This document shows, in pieces, positions 40,887 through 43,795 of a stretch of DNA of 43,795 nucleotides (its first letter is position 1; each line of letters starts with the position of its first letter). The stretch spans positions 1-43,795 of the forward strand of contig DASTSP010000042.1 of the NCBI GenBank assembly GCA_035760625.1. Reading direction: 5' to 3'. This DNA is from Minisyncoccota bacterium (GTDB lineage Bacteria > Patescibacteriota > Minisyncoccia > Phycocordibacterales > UBA918). The notes beneath the pieces are model-generated. The model made no database searches. It saw only the letters and a list, made by a program, of their open reading frames with translations, and was not told where the DNA came from. The translations under genes were made by a program, and so were the position numbers.

Positions 40887-42245
40887 ATGCACATGTTCGT
40901 GCGCGGTAGTACCGTGCTACTCCTCATCGGCGACCTCATCGTCTTCACGGGCTCTCTCGTCCTTACGCTCTTCGTGCGCTACCAAGCGTGGCCGTCGCAC
41001 GACCTCGTTTCGACGCACCTGCGCGCGTTCACCGTTCTCTTCGTCTTCTGGGTCCTCACGTTTCTCATCACCGGCCTCTACGACCGGTACATCTCGCTCG
41101 TTCGAAAGAGCATCCCCGCCCTCGTCCTCAAGGTCCAGTTCTTCAACATCCTCCTCGCCGCGCTCATCTTCTTCATCTTCCCGTTCGGCATCGAACCGAA
41201 GACGAACCTCGTCATCTACCTTCTCATATCGACGCTCCTCATCGTCCTCTGGAGGCTCTACGTGTACCCTCTGATCGCGACGGGGAAGCCGATGCGCGCG
41301 CTCGTGGTCGGCGATAGCGATGAGGCCTTGGCCATCGCGCGCATGTTCCAGGGGAACCCGTTCTTCAGGAACATCAAGCCGTTTCTCCTTCGAAAGAAGG
41401 ACATCTCGGACTTCGATGAGTTCCGTGCGTCGCTCCTTCGCTTCGTCGATCAGGGCTCCGCGGACATGGTCATCGCCGACATGCGCGACGAGTTCGCGAA
41501 TCGTCTTACGCGCGACTTCTATAAGCTCGCGTTCGAGAACTCGAACATCAGGTTCTTCAATCTGCCGGCGATCTACGAACACCTCTACCATCGCGTGCCG
41601 CCGGAGCTCGTCGAGGAGAGCTGGCTCCTCGAGAACGTCTCGGCCGGTTCGCCTCACTATGCGTACGATGTGCTGAAGCGCGGCATCGATCTCGCGGGCG
41701 CCATCGCCCTCCTCGTCCCGGCTCTCGTCCTCTTTCCGGTCATCATGCTCGCGATCTACCTCGAAGACCGCGGGGCGTTCTTCTACGAGGCCGAGCGTGT
41801 CGGGCAGTTCAATCGACCGATACGCATTCTCAAGTTCCGGACGATGACCGGCCGCGACGCCTCGGGCGATGCGCTAAAGAGCACGCTTACGATCACGAAG
41901 GTCGGTACGTTCCTCCGGAAGACGCGCCTCGACGAACTGCCGCAACTCCTCAACATACTCATGGGAGACCTCTCCTTCATCGGGCCGCGCCCGGAGATAC
42001 CGTCCCTCGTTTCGGTGTACGCGGAGAACATCCCGTACTACAACATGCGGCACCTCACGAAGCCCGGTCTCTCCGGTTGGGCGCAGATAAACAACTTCGA
42101 CGTACCGCGAGGCGGCGTCGACATTCCGCGAACGATCGACAAGCTCTCGTTCGACCTCTACTACCTCAAGCACCGCTCGCTCATCCTCGACATCGAGATA
42201 GCGCTGAAGACCATAAATACGCTCGTCCTCCGGAGCGGAACGTAA
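40887..42245 (+). CDS. polyprenyl-phosphate sugar phosphotransferase (bacterial sugar transferase, WbaP/EpsL-like)
   Basis: 452 aa with N-terminal TM helices and the C-terminal catalytic domain KRGIDLAGAI...RILKFRTM...LDELPQLLNILMGDLSFIGPRP. Confidence 0.9.
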   Translation: MHMFVRGSTVLLLIGDLIVFTGSLVLTLFVRYQAWPSHDLVSTHLRAFTVLFVFWVLTFLITGLYDRYISLVRKSIPALVLKVQFFNILLAALIFFIFPFGIEPKTNLVIYLLISTLLIVLWRLYVYPLIATGKPMRALVVGDSDEALAIARMFQGNPFFRNIKPFLLRKKDISDFDEFRASLLRFVDQGSADMVIADMRDEFANRLTRDFYKLAFENSNIRFFNLPAIYEHLYHRVPPELVEESWLLENVSAGSPHYAYDVLKRGIDLAGAIALLVPALVLFPVIMLAIYLEDRGAFFYEAERVGQFNRPIRILKFRTMTGRDASGDALKSTLTITKVGTFLRKTRLDELPQLLNILMGDLSFIGPRPEIPSLVSVYAENIPYYNMRHLTKPGLSGWAQINNFDVPRGGVDIPRTIDKLSFDLYYLKHRSLILDIEIALKTINTLVLRSGT

Positions 42246-42294
42246 CGGAGGAGGGATTTGTTACAATCGCTGAATACTCGTTAACCACAGACCA

Positions 42295-43200
42295 ATGTCC
42301 ACGTACCTCATCACCGGCGGCGCCGGCTTTATCGGGACCAATCTCGCCGAGCGACTCGTCCGTGACGGACAGACGGTGGTCGTCGTTGACGACCTCTCGG
42401 CGGGGAAGGCGGAGCGCCTTCCCAAGGAGGTCGATTTCCGGAAGCTCGACATCTGCGACACCGCGACACTTACGGCGGTGATGAAGGGCGTCGACGTTGT
42501 CGTCCACCTTGCGGCGCTCCCGCGCGTCCAGTTCTCGATCGAACATCCCTTCGAGGCCCAGCACGTGAACGTCGACGGAACGCTCTCCGTCCTCGAGGCG
42601 GCGCGGCAGGCGGGTGTGAAGCGCGTCGTCTATGCCGCGTCGAGCTCGGCCTACGGTGACCAAGAGAACCTCCCGCTCTCCGAGGACCTTCCGCCCCAGC
42701 CGAAGAGCCCGTATGGACTCCACAAGTACTACGGCGAGGTTCTCATGAAACTTTGGCATGACATTCACGGTCTCGAGACCGTCTCCCTCCGCTTCTTCAA
42801 CGTCTACGGTCCTCATTTCGATCCCGAGGGCGCGTACGCTTTGGTCATCGGAAAATTCCTCAAACAGCTCAAGGAAGGCAAGCCGATGACGGTGACGGGA
42901 GACGGCGAGCAGTCGCGCGACTTCACGCACGTCTTCGATACGGTGGACGCGGTCGTACGCGCCACCGTGAGCGAGCAGGTCGGGAAGGGCGAGGTCATAA
43001 ACGTCGGCGCGGGACGGAACGTTTCCATCAACGAGCTCACGAAGATGATCGGCGGACCGGTCGAGTACGTCGCACCGCGCATCGAACCGAAGCACACGCG
43101 TGCCGATAATCGCCGCGCGAAGGAGCTTCTCGGTTGGGCACCGACCATTCCGCTCGAGGAAGGCGTTTCGAGCCTCAAGAAGGAGTTCGGCATCGCCTAG
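42295..43200 (+). CDS. NAD-dependent nucleotide-sugar epimerase/dehydratase (SDR family)
   Basis: ITGGAGFIGTNL Rossmann motif and a YGLHKYYGE catalytic YxxxK. Confidence 0.9.
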   Translation: MSTYLITGGAGFIGTNLAERLVRDGQTVVVVDDLSAGKAERLPKEVDFRKLDICDTATLTAVMKGVDVVVHLAALPRVQFSIEHPFEAQHVNVDGTLSVLEAARQAGVKRVVYAASSSAYGDQENLPLSEDLPPQPKSPYGLHKYYGEVLMKLWHDIHGLETVSLRFFNVYGPHFDPEGAYALVIGKFLKQLKEGKPMTVTGDGEQSRDFTHVFDTVDAVVRATVSEQVGKGEVINVGAGRNVSINELTKMIGGPVEYVAPRIEPKHTRADNRRAKELLGWAPTIPLEEGVSSLKKEFGIA

Positions 43201-43212
43201 CGTATATTCTCT

Positions 43213-43795
43213 ATGAACGTCGACGGAAAACGACTCGCCTCCGGCGTCTACGAATCGCTCCGCACGCGGGTGCGGTCTCTCTCGCGCGCGCCGCGTCTCA
43301 CGATCGTGACCGCGAGCCCGAACCTCGAGACGAAGAAGTACCTCGCGCTCAAAGAGCGGCGCGCGGCCGAGGTCGGCATCGAGACGAACGTCATCGTTCT
43401 TGCGGAGAGCGCGACGACGGAGAACGTCGTGACCCTCGTCGCGAACGAGGCGGCTCGTGCCGATGCCCTCATCGTCCAACTCCCGCTCCCGCCGTCCATA
43501 GATGCCGACCGGGTGCTCGCCGCCGTCCCCGTCTCACGCGATGCTGACGGTCTTAACCCCGAGAGCGCCGTCCTCTCGCCGGTCGTCGGTGCCATCCGGG
43601 AGATACTCGCGCGCCATGGCGTTTTGCCCCAGGGGAAGCGTGTCGCCGTCGTCGGCGAGGGGCGCCTCGTCGGCCGGCCGGCGAGCGCGTGGTTTCGGTC
43701 CGTCGGCGCCCAGGTGCGCGTTCTCACGAAGGACACGGCCGACATCGAAGCGGAGACGAGAGACGCCGACATCATCGTCTCCGGTGCCGGAGTCC
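43213..43795 (+). CDS. folD: bifunctional methylenetetrahydrofolate dehydrogenase/cyclohydrolase, 5' partial (runs off window)
   Basis: Absent from the ORF track because no stop falls in the window. Manual translation gives MNVDGKRLASGVYESL...LIVQLPLP...DADGLNP...VVGEGRLVGRP...ADIIVSGAGV, the FolD pattern. Confidence 0.88.
   Translation, partial: MNVDGKRLASGVYESLRTRVRSLSRAPRLTIVTASPNLETKKYLALKERRAAEVGIETNVIVLAESATTENVVTLVANEAARADALIVQLPLPPSIDADRVLAAVPVSRDADGLNPESAVLSPVVGAIREILARHGVLPQGKRVAVVGEGRLVGRPASAWFRSVGAQVRVLTKDTADIEAETRDADIIVSGAGV

Overview
This 43.8-kb window is high-GC and dominated by housekeeping genes. The gene content and rRNA peculiarities suggest a reduced-genome bacterium, possibly CPR/Patescibacteria-like, but that placement is inference only. 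The left third holds four aminoacyl-tRNA synthetases (argS, ileS, glyQS, metG), a recO-like gene, and a nucleotide house-cleaning cluster (MazG-like, HD, MazG, TatD) around a TrpR/YerC-like regulator. The middle holds a VanY-type peptidase, rpsF-ssb-rpsR, efp, an ECF-like sigma factor, recA, ftsK, an acidic peptidoglycan-binding surface protein, and an isolated rplJ-rplL operon. The right third holds a 23S-5S rRNA operon with no 16S upstream, then an aminotransferase, a VWA protein, a SEDS protein, a glycan cluster (GT4, sugar transferase, epimerase) and the 5' part of folD. I found no transposase, integrase, CRISPR array or recognisable defence genes. The most unusual observations are these. 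(1) A complete histidine-phosphatase domain is nested inside the IleRS catalytic core. (2) The 23S gene carries a 190-nt insertion exactly at the L1931 intron hot-spot and a 66-nt helical expansion in domain I. (3) The 23S-5S spacer holds a defective tRNA-like element and a 5S-like RNA that shares the 5S leader and helix I, and further 5S fragments lie downstream. (4) Four loci show a gene end duplicated as a 19-65 bp direct repeat around a short hairpin-rich insert (efp 3' end, 23S 3' end, 5S 5' end, glycosyltransferase 5' end). (5) The TrpR-like gene is bracketed by two perfect palindromes (38 and 36 bp) that share an 18-bp core. (6) Several genes have a -10-like hexamer exactly 6 nt upstream of the start codon, which suggests leaderless mRNAs. 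All alignments and folds were done by eye, so coordinates of RNA ends and domain boundaries are approximate.
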